50,405 nt of DNA from the NCBI GenBank assembly GCA_045542035.1, contig JAZQKG010000089.1:1-50405 (forward strand), in the 5' to 3' direction. The DNA is from Eubacteriales bacterium. GTDB lineage: Bacteria > Bacillota > Clostridia > Oscillospirales > CAG-272. Position 1 is the stretch's first letter, and each line of letters opens with the position of its first letter. The notes beneath the pieces are model-generated. The model made no database searches. It was not told the DNA's origin and saw only the letters and a program-made list of their open reading frames with translations. The translations under genes were made by a program, and so were the position numbers. Below are positions 30,397 through 39,023 of the stretch, piece after piece.

Positions 30397-30750
30397 CTAT
30401 GTGTTTTCCTTTGCGGTGGTGATGGAAGCAATAAGCAATTTACGGATTTTACTGCATTTTGCGAACATATCCTTATACTCTTCCTCGGTTATCATGCGCG
30501 TGTCTTTAAACAAGCCGAGCCAATAATCGGTTTCGTAGCACTCTTTCAAAGCAATTTGAAATTTATTGATAAAATCCGCTTTACTTGCCGCATAGTTTGT
30601 TTCGTGGATATTTGCACCGATGCTTGTACCGCTTCGCAATACTTGGTTTAATAATACGTTGCTTTTACGGTTTTCTTTAATTTCGGTGCAAAGATTAACG
30701 ATATCAACGGCAAATTGTTTTGATAAATCAACTAAAAAGTTTTCTTTCAT
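30397..30750 (-). CDS. Four-helix-bundle protein (23S rRNA IVP-like family)
   Basis: SKQFAVDIV, NQVLRSGTSIGANIHE, SKADFINKFQIALKECYETDYWL; GAGGT RBS before ATG 30750. Confidence 0.92.
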   Translation of the reverse strand: MKENFLVDLSKQFAVDIVNLCTEIKENRKSNVLLNQVLRSGTSIGANIHETNYAASKADFINKFQIALKECYETDYWLGLFKDTRMITEEEYKDMFAKCSKIRKLLIASITTAKENT

Positions 30751-30767
30751 CGTAAGACCTCGTTTGA

Positions 30768-30960
30768 ATGATTTGACACTTTGTGTCATGAATTGATGCT
30801 GTCGCATCATGATTTCTCGTCGGCGTTCCGCCTCCTCCATGAATTGACGCTACGCGTCATTGAATGAATCGCGCATCCAACCTTATGCCCCGCAGGGCAA
30901 TTCATGGCGAGGCCAATTCATGAGTGCCACGCACTCAAATCATGCGCTCGCGCAATTCAT
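30768..30960. repeat. Inverted double array of ATGAWTT-linked mini-hairpins
   Basis: Left: ATGATTT/ATGAATT at 30768, 30788, 30809, 30839 and ATGAATC at 30864. Right: AATTCAT/AAATCAT at 30899, 30915, 30937, 30954. Linkers are separated by short GC hairpins. Confidence 0.9.
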
Positions 30961-32335
30961 TGTCGAGTCCTCGTGTCAGAGACACGACGGACTCGACGTG
31001 TCCTGTCGCGGGAAACAAATCAAACGGTGTTACTTCACCACAGGAGTACCCGAGGGCTTTGAATCGAGCTGCGTCTCTTGCGAGAGTTGTGGGGTTGCAC
31101 GAGATATATACGATGCGCTTAGGAGAGAGGGAAGCGACGTAATTTATCAGTCTTTCGTCGCAGCCAGCGCGCGGCGGGTCAAGCACCACGATTGTGGGCT
31201 TGATTTGCTTTCCGAGCTCTCTTTCTGCGTTGTCGAGGAGCTTTTCTGTGTTCGATGCGTCACCCGTGTAGAATTTAGCGTTTGTTAGATTTGCATTTTC
31301 TGCGTTTTCTCTTGCGCACAAAACGGCGCTTTCAATTATCTCAATGCCGATAAGCTCACCGACCTCATTCGCCATTGAAAGCCCGATTGAGCCGGCTCCG
31401 CAATACAAGTCGAGCAAGGTGTCGTTTTTTGTCGGCGCGGCAAGCTCCTTTGCTTTAGCGTAAAGCAATTCCGCTGCATCATGATTGACTTGATAAAATG
31501 AGGGAGCGGTTATTTTGAGTTTGACACCTCCAAGTATATCGTAAATATAATCTCTTCCGTACAAGGTTATGAATTTGTTTCCGAGAATAACGTTAGTCTT
31601 GTCTTTGTTGGTGTTCAAAAGAATCCCAACAATGTTTGTAAATTGCTTGTTTATAGAATTTACAAGCTCATTGGAGTGGGGAAGCGCAGTTCCGTTAATA
31701 ACGAGGGTAAGAAGTATTTCATCGGTCAGCTCACCCCGCCTCAAATATATGTGCCTTAGCAGACCTGCGTTTTTTTCTTCGTCATATACTGAGATATCGT
31801 GTTTTTTGAAAAAGTCGGCAAGGTGATTTATAACGTCGGCAAATATTTTTGGAGCAAGAGGACAGTCTCTTGCTTCTGTAACTCTGTGGCTTTTTGGCGC
31901 GTAAAAACCGATAACGTAGTCTCCGTTTTTATCTTTAGATATAGGATATTGAGCTTTGTTTCGGTATTCGTTGACAGACGGAGAGGCTACAAGCTTGGTA
32001 ATAACAGCATCGGAAAGCCCTGCTTTTACGAAAGCCTCTTGTACGTCATTCCTTTTTATTTCTTTCTCGTGTTCGTATGAAATCTTTTTATACGCGCAGC
32101 TTGTACAAGCATTGACATAGCAACGGTTTTCGTCTCTTATCGGTGATTTTTTAATAAAATTCTCTACACGCCCCACGGCATAAGAGGATGACGTTTTGAT
32201 TATTCTTGCGTTAACTTCGTCTCCCGTGACAGCGCCGGAAACAAAGATAACAAGCCCCTCGTTGCGACCAACGCCAAAACCAAGGTTGGTTATAGAAGTT
32301 ATTTCAAGTTTAATTATATCGTTCTTTTTAATCAT
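30935..32335 (-). CDS. rlmD: 23S rRNA (uracil-1939-C5)-methyltransferase
   Basis: TRAM domain, C..CTSC Fe-S motif, YRNKAQ, SFYQVN, DLYCGAG, DPPRAG, YISCNP, DLFP.TGHVE. Confidence 0.95.
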   Translation of the reverse strand: MIKKNDIIKLEITSITNLGFGVGRNEGLVIFVSGAVTGDEVNARIIKTSSSYAVGRVENFIKKSPIRDENRCYVNACTSCAYKKISYEHEKEIKRNDVQEAFVKAGLSDAVITKLVASPSVNEYRNKAQYPISKDKNGDYVIGFYAPKSHRVTEARDCPLAPKIFADVINHLADFFKKHDISVYDEEKNAGLLRHIYLRRGELTDEILLTLVINGTALPHSNELVNSINKQFTNIVGILLNTNKDKTNVILGNKFITLYGRDYIYDILGGVKLKITAPSFYQVNHDAAELLYAKAKELAAPTKNDTLLDLYCGAGSIGLSMANEVGELIGIEIIESAVLCARENAENANLTNAKFYTGDASNTEKLLDNAERELGKQIKPTIVVLDPPRAGCDERLINYVASLSPKRIVYISCNPTTLARDAARFKALGYSCGEVTPFDLFPATGHVESVVSLTRGLDNELRERMI

Positions 32336-32362
32336 AATTCTAAAAGCAAACAATTATTTGCG

Positions 32363-33199
32363 TTATATAAATTCCTCTTTAAATTTTTTTCGCCATTCCT
32401 TAGGCGTTACACCGAATGTTGCGCGAAAAGTTTTCGTAAAATACGATGCGTCTGTAAAGCCTGTTTCCTCAGCAATTTCGGCAATGCTTTTTTTTGTAAG
32501 CTCAAGCATTTTTTTAGATGCCTTGAGTCTGTAAGATATAATATACTGCCTGAGCGTTATGCCTTTCTTTTCTTTAAGCACCCGACTTACGTAGAACGGA
32601 TGATAACCGAAAATAGCTCCGATCTCGGTATTTGATATCTCTTCCGAATAGTTTTCACGGATATACGTGTCAAGCGATTCAACCATTCTTGCCGGTAATG
32701 CGTTTTCACTTACCGTTTCTGATACTTTGAGTAATATCAGCTTGAGCATAGCGGATATTTCCGCGCGCCACTGTCCCTCTGCCGACGTTGCAATGTTTCC
32801 CATTCTTATAAACGTGTCTCGCTCTGATTCCATATCCTCAAGTATGTGAACGACGTCAAACGGCGCAAAGTCACCGGTATGGCATCTTGAAGGCTCAAAG
32901 TCTTCCGGTGCTGACGGTGGGATTTTTTCTGTCTCATTACTCCAGCAGTCCGTGGGGTCAAACGTTATTATTGCCGCCCGCAGATATTGAGCTTTCAGCT
33001 TGTATTTTACTCCAGCGGGGATGTATAAAAGATGTCCCGGAGTCATATGAAATTTCTTGTTGTTTTCAATATTTACGGCAATATCTCCCGATATTAAATA
33101 TATAACTTTGCAATCATACGCTTGGCATTCGTCGGCTCTGTTTATCGTTTCATATATGCCGACAGAGCGTATAAATGGGTTAAGTTTTGAAATTTCCAT
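32363..33199 (-). CDS. AraC family transcriptional regulator
   Basis: N-terminal cupin; C-terminal SIAEIAEETGFTDASYFTKTFRATFGVTP. Start moved to MEISKLN. Confidence 0.93.
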   Translation of the reverse strand: MEISKLNPFIRSVGIYETINRADECQAYDCKVIYLISGDIAVNIENNKKFHMTPGHLLYIPAGVKYKLKAQYLRAAIITFDPTDCWSNETEKIPPSAPEDFEPSRCHTGDFAPFDVVHILEDMESERDTFIRMGNIATSAEGQWRAEISAMLKLILLKVSETVSENALPARMVESLDTYIRENYSEEISNTEIGAIFGYHPFYVSRVLKEKKGITLRQYIISYRLKASKKMLELTKKSIAEIAEETGFTDASYFTKTFRATFGVTPKEWRKKFKEEFI

Positions 33200-33321
33200 T
33201 TTTTCACAACCTTTTTCTGTAATTTGGTTAGTTTTATTATACTTATAGGCTATTCTTGAGTTTATTTTATCATAAAGAATAAATAAAATCAAGAATAAAT
33301 AAAAAACTTTGTCAAAATCTA

Positions 33322-33350
33322 TTGACAAAATGAAAAATATGTGATAGAAT
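33322..33350 (+). promoter_or_regulatory. tRNA-Glu promoter
   Basis: TTGACA-N17-TAGAAT with extended TG. Confidence 0.8.
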
Positions 33351-33368
33351 AATCAAGCAATTGAAAAT

Positions 33369-33443
33369 GGCTCGTTGGTCAAGCGGCTAAGACACGGCCC
33401 TCTCAAGGCTGAAACGGGAGTTCGATTCTCCCACGAGTCACCA
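33369..33443 (+). tRNA. tRNA-Glu (anticodon CTC)
   Basis: Cloverleaf GGCTCGT...ACGAGTC-A-CCA; anticodon arm CGGCC-CTCTCAA-GGCTG; GTTCGATT T-loop. Confidence 0.96.
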
Positions 33444-33450
33444 CAGAATT

Positions 33451-33474
33451 AAGCACCCGAAAGGGTGCTTTTTT
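33451..33474 (+). terminator. tRNA terminator
   Basis: AAGCACCC-GAAA-GGGTGCTTTTTT. Confidence 0.9.
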
Positions 33475-33591
33475 CATTCCGATTTTATCTCTATTTGACT
33501 GTTTTTAAGTTCATATTGTTCCTCTGAATTTAGTGACACATAAATTGACAAGTGCGAAACTATATTTCACATAGCAAAAAGAGCAGGGCTT

Positions 33592-33693
33592 ATGATAGGC
33601 TCAATTTTAGATCACGCTCCAACTCTTGCCGCTGTCTTTGGATTAGAGCTTCCCGAAGCTATGGGCAACCCCGTGTACGAAATATTTAAATAG
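33592..33693 (+). pseudogene. C-terminal remnant of an alkaline-phosphatase-superfamily protein
   Basis: GSILDHAPTLAAVFGLELPEAMGNPVYEIFK* resembles the D.APT...LG.....G C-terminal motif; the upstream part is missing. Confidence 0.5.
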
Positions 33694-33722
33694 CATGTAA
33701 ATATTTATTTCCAAACTAAAAT

Positions 33723-33748
33723 AAAAAAGCGCTGTTTGGCGCTTTTTT
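33723..33748 (-). terminator. folT-folC terminator
   Basis: AAAAAAGCGCT-GTTT-GGCGCTTTTTT. Confidence 0.75.
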
Positions 33749-35009
33749 AGATGTACTTGATTAAGTCTGAATAGGTGTACAGTGAGCCGAGGCATACAAG
33801 CGGAATCTTTGCTTCCTTAGCCGCTTTTTTTGCAGCTTTGAAAGCATCTTCGATACTCTCGTGCGGCACTGAGGGAACGCCTGCGGAAGAAAGAACTTCC
33901 GCATAATTTTCGGCAGTGAGAGCTCTTGGACTTTGGGGGGTAAGTGTAAACGCACGCTTGGCAATTTTTGAAAGCTCACGTGCTATAAAGTTATAATCCT
34001 TGTCGCGAAGAACACCCGTAAGAACGTAAATTTTTTCGTCCTTGAAATAATGCTTTATACTTGCAACGGCGCTTGTAATTCCTTGCGGGTTGTGCGCTCC
34101 GTCAAAGATTATAAGAGGCTCTTTTGAAAGAATTTCAAATCTTGCAAGCCACTTTGCAGTCTTAAGTCCGGCTTTGACAGCGCTTTCTGGAATTTCAAGT
34201 CCTCGCGTTCTCAAAATATCAATTGCTTCCAAAACGAGAGACGCGTTTTTCGGCTGATACAGTCCGAGAAGATTTATCTTTATGTCTTTGTGTGTCCTAT
34301 AGTCGAAGGTGCTTCCGTCAAGTGTTGAAGAAAGATTTAAAATATCTTTGTAATTTACGTCGAAAAACTCGGATTTGCGTTCTGACGCCGTGTTTCTTAT
34401 AACCTCTCTTGCGGAGTCATCCTCACCGCCGTAGAGTATAGGAGAGGAGTCTTTTATGATACCTGCTTTCTCGGCGGCAATTTTTTCAATCGTGTCACCA
34501 AGATAGTCGGTGTGGTCAAGCGCTATTCCGGTTATAACCGAGAGAAGCGGTTCTCTGATTATATTGGTGGAGTCCAGTCTGCCTCCCATTCCTGCTTCAA
34601 GAACGACTACGTCGCAAGCCGATTCGTAAAAATACTCGAAGGCGATAGCCGTTATAAGCTCAAATTCGGTTGGCTTGTCCTTCATTGAATCTGCAATTGG
34701 ACGTATTTTTTCGGTTAGCTTGGCAAGCGTTTCGTTCGGGATGTTTTCGCCCATCACGCGCATTCGTTCGTTAAATTCCTTTATATACGGCGATGTATAA
34801 AGTCCGGCTTTATATCCTGCAGCTTTAAGTATGGATTCAAGCATAGAGCAGAAAGAACCTTTACCGTTAGTTCCCGCGACGTGTACGAACTTTAATTTTC
34901 TTTCGGGGTGTCCGAGCTTTTCGCAAAGCTCGCCTATTCTTTCAAGTCCCGGTTTGCAAAATGTCCAATTAACGCTGTGAATATAATCTAAAGCTTCACC
35001 GTAAGTCAT
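33747..35009 (-). CDS. folC: Folylpolyglutamate synthase/dihydrofolate synthase
   Basis: HVAGTNGKGS, EAGMGGRLDSTN, DHTDYLG, EKAGIIK, DGAHNP, GSLY. Confidence 0.96.
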   Translation of the reverse strand: MTYGEALDYIHSVNWTFCKPGLERIGELCEKLGHPERKLKFVHVAGTNGKGSFCSMLESILKAAGYKAGLYTSPYIKEFNERMRVMGENIPNETLAKLTEKIRPIADSMKDKPTEFELITAIAFEYFYESACDVVVLEAGMGGRLDSTNIIREPLLSVITGIALDHTDYLGDTIEKIAAEKAGIIKDSSPILYGGEDDSAREVIRNTASERKSEFFDVNYKDILNLSSTLDGSTFDYRTHKDIKINLLGLYQPKNASLVLEAIDILRTRGLEIPESAVKAGLKTAKWLARFEILSKEPLIIFDGAHNPQGITSAVASIKHYFKDEKIYVLTGVLRDKDYNFIARELSKIAKRAFTLTPQSPRALTAENYAEVLSSAGVPSVPHESIEDAFKAAKKAAKEAKIPLVCLGSLYTYSDLIKYI

Positions 35010-35572
35010 TTCTTTTTACTCATTCTTTCTATCTGCCTCACAAATGCAGAATTTCTTAATAACAAATAAATGATAATACATTCAGCTGTCGCAACCAGCG
35101 CGTAATTTAGTAGGCGCCAAGCAACAAATTCCCAGTATCCAAGCTCGTATTTTGAAAGATACCAAACGGCAAGACCCGCCGATTTTATAAGCACAGAACC
35201 GACTATATGAGCTGCAACGGTTGAAGCCACTACTTTAAGTAAGAGCGGTTTTTTGACGATGTAGTTAGCTATAAATCCGGAAACAAGACCTACCGACGCC
35301 GCTCCAACTGTGATAATAGGGTTAATTGAATATCCGTACAGAACGCATCCGATAAGGTCTGCAACAGTACCGACGAGGGCGCCGGCAATCGGTCCGAGAG
35401 AAAAACCGGCAATAATTATAGGTAGGTTTTCAAAGCTTATTCTGATAAAATCCTGAAAGGGATTGGGAATTTGCAGAAATTTTCCTAAAATAATGCTCAT
35501 TGCCGATAAAATTCCCGCAAAGCAAAGGCCCTGCAAACTGCCGAAAACAGGCCATCTTTTCATTTTTTGCAT
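35006..35572 (-). CDS. folT: Folate ECF transporter S component
   Basis: Six-TM S-component pattern (RISFENLP...GP..G...G.VADLIG) behind a THF riboswitch; GGAGG RBS before ATG 35572. Confidence 0.88.
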   Translation of the reverse strand: MQKMKRWPVFGSLQGLCFAGILSAMSIILGKFLQIPNPFQDFIRISFENLPIIIAGFSLGPIAGALVGTVADLIGCVLYGYSINPIITVGAASVGLVSGFIANYIVKKPLLLKVVASTVAAHIVGSVLIKSAGLAVWYLSKYELGYWEFVAWRLLNYALVATAECIIIYLLLRNSAFVRQIERMSKKK

Positions 35573-35645
35573 AAAAAATACCTCCAAAATACAGATTTAC
35601 ATCTTCCGTACCATGGGGGCGACATAGATATGGGGCTTCCTACGG

Positions 35646-35757
35646 TAACAGTGGGATGCGAAAAACATACCGCAGAAAGTAAAATTCCTTTCATTTCGTT
35701 CGAGTGACAACTCCCCGTCCACCCGACACTGAATAACGCATGCTTTTCTACTCTGTT
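35646..35757 (-). ncRNA. THF riboswitch
   Basis: ACAGAGUAGA..GCGUUA..AGUGU..GGGGAGUUGUCAC..AACGAA..GCGGUA..GCAUCCCACUGU matches the THF aptamer; promoter TTGAAA-N17-TACAAT just upstream; controls folT-folC. Confidence 0.92.
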
Positions 35758-35947
35758 ATGTATGGATATATTGTAGCACAAACTTTTGCGGATTTCAATA
35801 GGTTTTTGACATTTTTTCATAGCCTATTAAATAAAGTCAATAGATTTAAGAAAAAGATAAAAATGTTAGCAAACTAAAAAAGCTCAAAATAGAATGGCGG
35901 TTAGAGTTTAATTGTACTATAATTCAAACGGTTGATCAATGTCTTTT

Positions 35948-36018
35948 TGATACCCCCCCTTAACGTAGTCTCGAAATTTTTTGTTTTTTCGAGTGTCTAC
36001 TCTAAGGGGATTATATCA
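35948..36018 (-). mobile_element. Probable solo end of an IS3-family element / tiny MITE
   Basis: TGATATAATCCCCTTAGAGTAGACA...CTACGTTAAGGGGGGGTATCA: TG...CA termini with an imperfect inverted repeat; no transposase. Confidence 0.45.
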
Positions 36019-36036
36019 ATATTGTTTTTCCTCGCT

Positions 36037-38439
36037 TTAATTATGTTTTTGAATTTTTTCAGCGTATCTGACGGCTTCCATTGCGTCTTTTGCGTATTTA
36101 TCCGCGCCGATTCTTTCAGCGTAATCTGCCGTAAGAACTGCTCCGCCAACGATTATTTTTACGCTTGGTTTGGTGTCTTTTAGCATTTTGACTGTTTTTG
36201 CCATAGCAGGCAGAGTTGTGGTCATAAGTGCGCTGAGCCCTACAAACACAGCATTCGACTCGACAGCCGCATTAACAACGGCTTCCGGCGCGACGTCGCG
36301 CCCGAGGTCAATAACGTTAAATCCGTAGTTTTCGAGAATCAGTTTAACTATGTTTTTACCTATATCATGAATGTCGCCTTCTACCGTGGCGATAACAAAC
36401 GGACCTTTTCCTGATGTTTTAGCGTCGGACGACATATGGCTCTTTATGACTTCAAAAGAGCTTTTTGCCGCTTCTGCGCTCATAAGAAGTTGGGGAAGAA
36501 ATACGGTTTTATTTTCATATCCGACGCCAACGGTGTTAAGCGCGGGTATAATATCTGATTCGACTATATCAAGCGGAGACGAAATCTTTAGAAGCTCTTT
36601 TGTGATTTCTCCAGCCCTTTCCTTCAGACCTTTTCCTATCGCTCGCGAAAGTTCTGATTTATAATCATTACATATTCGAATATCCGGTGGTTGAGAAACT
36701 GCGGATGTTTGCGCAAAAAGATGCTGAGAATTTATAAATTCAGCGCAATTTTTATCAAGTCCTTTAAGCACTCTGTATGCGAAATAGGTTTTCATCATAT
36801 CAGAAGAGTAAGGATTCATTATAGCCGCTGAAAGACCGTTTTCAAGAGCTAAAGCAAGAAACGTTCCGTTAACGGCATCTCTGTTCGGAAGACCGTAAGA
36901 TATGTTTGAAACTCCGAGAGACGTGTGGCATCCAAGCTTGTATTTGATTTCCTTCATTGCAAAGAGCGTGCTTATAGCAGCGTCCGAGGATGCGCTTACG
37001 GTCATAGCAAGAGTATCAAAGATTATATCTTTTTTACTTATTCCGTATTTTTTCGCTGTCTTAAGTATTTTTTTTGCTATTCTAATTCGTTCCTCAGGAC
37101 TGTTCGGGATTCCGTTTTCATCAAGAGTTAAAGCGATAACCGCACCACCGTATTTTTTTGCAAGAGGAAATACGGTTTTCATGCTTTCAGTTTTACCGTT
37201 TACGGAATTAATAAGCGGTTTTCCGTTATAGTATCTTAGAGCAGATTCCATCGCTGTGTAGTTAGCCGTGTCAATTTGAAGAGGAATGTCTACTACGGCT
37301 TGAATTTCGCATACGGTAGAGGCGAGCATTTCTTTTTCATCAATTTCCGGTAAACCAACGTTTACATCGAGAATATGAACGCCTTTTTCTTGCTGCTGTA
37401 CTGCTTCGTTCAGTATATAGTCGACGTCCTTGTTGATAAGAGCTTCTTTTAAGCGTTTTTTGCCGGTTGGGTTTATCCGCTCACCGATAAGTATTGGCGA
37501 ATTTTCAAATATTACGGCATGGGTATATGATGTTACGGCAGTAATATTCTTTTCTTCAATCGGTTGCGGTTTGATTTGTTTCGTTTTTTTGACAAGAGCT
37601 TCTATATATTCCGGTGTCGTTCCGCAGCAGCCGCCGATGACTCGGACACCCATCTCGGCCAAATTGCTGACCTCGTTTGCAAATTCCTCGGCACACACGT
37701 CAAATACAGTCTCACCGTTTGCAATTTTCGGAAGACCTGCGTTTGGTTTTAAAACGACAGGAACAGAGGCGTATTCAAGAAGCTTATCTGCAACCGTCCG
37801 AAGTTGCTTTGGACCGAGTGAGCAGTTTGCACCTATCGCATCAGCTCCCATGCCCTCAAGCATAAAAGCCATGACCTCAGGCGTAGCTCCGGTCATAAGC
37901 TTTCCGTCTTCTCCGTAGGCATTTGTGACTATAACCGGCAGATTTGAGTTTTCCTTGGCGGCAAGCAATGCGGCTTTCGTTTCATAGCTGTCATTCATCG
38001 TTTCGATTATAATAAGCTCAGCGCCGTATTTTACACCAAGCTTGACTGTTTTTGAAAACAGTGTTACGGCATCCTCAAAGTCAAGGTCTCCGTAAGGGCG
38101 TAGAAGCTTTCCCGAAGGACCGATATCAAGAGCGATAAATTTTTCCTGCGGAGCTTGGCTTTGTATTCGTGCGTTTTTTGCGTTTTCGATCGCATGAGCG
38201 ACAATATTCTCAAGCTCCTCTTCGGTGAATTTTAATATGTTCGCGCCGAAGGTGTTTGCCGAGATAACGTTACTTCCCGAGTCAAAATAGCTTTTGTGAA
38301 TATTTGTAATGATATCCGGGTGTGTGATATTCCAAAGCTCCGGATATTCTCCCGGCTCAAGACCAAGCTTCTGGAGCAGAGTGCCCATTCCGCCGTCAAG
38401 ATATACGATATTGTTTTTTAAAAAGTCAGAAAATTTCAT
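36037..38439 (-). CDS. metH: Cobalamin-dependent methionine synthase (Hcy, pterin and B12 domains; no activation domain)
   Basis: LDGGMGT, GANCSLGP, GGCCGTTP, IGERINPTG, GDIHDIGKNIV, SALMTTT. Confidence 0.93.
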   Translation of the reverse strand: MKFSDFLKNNIVYLDGGMGTLLQKLGLEPGEYPELWNITHPDIITNIHKSYFDSGSNVISANTFGANILKFTEEELENIVAHAIENAKNARIQSQAPQEKFIALDIGPSGKLLRPYGDLDFEDAVTLFSKTVKLGVKYGAELIIIETMNDSYETKAALLAAKENSNLPVIVTNAYGEDGKLMTGATPEVMAFMLEGMGADAIGANCSLGPKQLRTVADKLLEYASVPVVLKPNAGLPKIANGETVFDVCAEEFANEVSNLAEMGVRVIGGCCGTTPEYIEALVKKTKQIKPQPIEEKNITAVTSYTHAVIFENSPILIGERINPTGKKRLKEALINKDVDYILNEAVQQQEKGVHILDVNVGLPEIDEKEMLASTVCEIQAVVDIPLQIDTANYTAMESALRYYNGKPLINSVNGKTESMKTVFPLAKKYGGAVIALTLDENGIPNSPEERIRIAKKILKTAKKYGISKKDIIFDTLAMTVSASSDAAISTLFAMKEIKYKLGCHTSLGVSNISYGLPNRDAVNGTFLALALENGLSAAIMNPYSSDMMKTYFAYRVLKGLDKNCAEFINSQHLFAQTSAVSQPPDIRICNDYKSELSRAIGKGLKERAGEITKELLKISSPLDIVESDIIPALNTVGVGYENKTVFLPQLLMSAEAAKSSFEVIKSHMSSDAKTSGKGPFVIATVEGDIHDIGKNIVKLILENYGFNVIDLGRDVAPEAVVNAAVESNAVFVGLSALMTTTLPAMAKTVKMLKDTKPSVKIIVGGAVLTADYAERIGADKYAKDAMEAVRYAEKIQKHN

Positions 38440-39023
38440 TTTTCAATTCCTATAAACGCCGTTACAGATTTTGTGGGAGACATAAGCAGACTGTCTCCGA
38501 GAGTTAGTCCTATATTTCTTTGAGGGGAGAGTAGCTTGAAAATTTCTTCTTGAACTTTGAGCGGAAGATCCCCATATCCCGCGCTGAACCGATTGCGTGC
38601 AGATTTTTTGAAAGACTTAACGTCTTCATAGAATATATCGCAAAGCGCCTCGATTCTTTCAGCTCCGATTGATTGAAAAATGAGAGCCTTCGCAGGAGAG
38701 ATTTTTGAGTATTTATGAATAAGGCGGTCGATTCCAATTCCTACGGTCGCGGCAAAAATAATGACCGAGTCGCACCCGTGTAGATTTTTTGCAAGGCTTT
38801 TTGAATTTACGGAAAAATAAGAAAAATCGCATTTGTCTTCAAAAATTGAAAGGGGAGCTTCATAAAAGCATACTTTATATGTAAGCATACTTCGTGCATC
38901 TTTAATGCATTCTCTGATGAGAGATAGAAGAGATTCTTCGGCTTCTTTTGCTCCGGCATACCTTAATATCTCTTTTTCGGAGATCAGGGGCTCACTATAA
39001 GATTTCGTTATAACCGTGTTCAT
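38436..39023 (-). CDS. Stand-alone MetH reactivation (SAM-binding) domain
   Basis: EILRY, FAATVG, RFSAGYGDLPL, MSPTKSVTAFIG. Confidence 0.88.
   Translation of the reverse strand: MNTVITKSYSEPLISEKEILRYAGAKEAEESLLSLIRECIKDARSMLTYKVCFYEAPLSIFEDKCDFSYFSVNSKSLAKNLHGCDSVIIFAATVGIGIDRLIHKYSKISPAKALIFQSIGAERIEALCDIFYEDVKSFKKSARNRFSAGYGDLPLKVQEEIFKLLSPQRNIGLTLGDSLLMSPTKSVTAFIGIEK

Noticed and set aside
30751-30840. N-terminal extension of the four-helix-bundle ORF (MEEAERRREIMM...)
   Set aside because: It is a translation of the repeat array; the RBS and family similarity support ATG 30750.
30768-30960. CRISPR array
   Set aside because: The repeats are only 7 nt, the spacers are 9-23 nt self-complementary hairpins, the blocks are inverted, and there are no cas genes.
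30397-30997. Diversity-generating retroelement (Avd-like gene)
   Set aside because: No reverse transcriptase and no TR/VR pair differing at adenines was seen in the window.
30860-31288. Plus-strand ORFs of 142 and 72 aa
   Set aside because: They are antisense to rlmD and the repeat, with no recognisable motifs.
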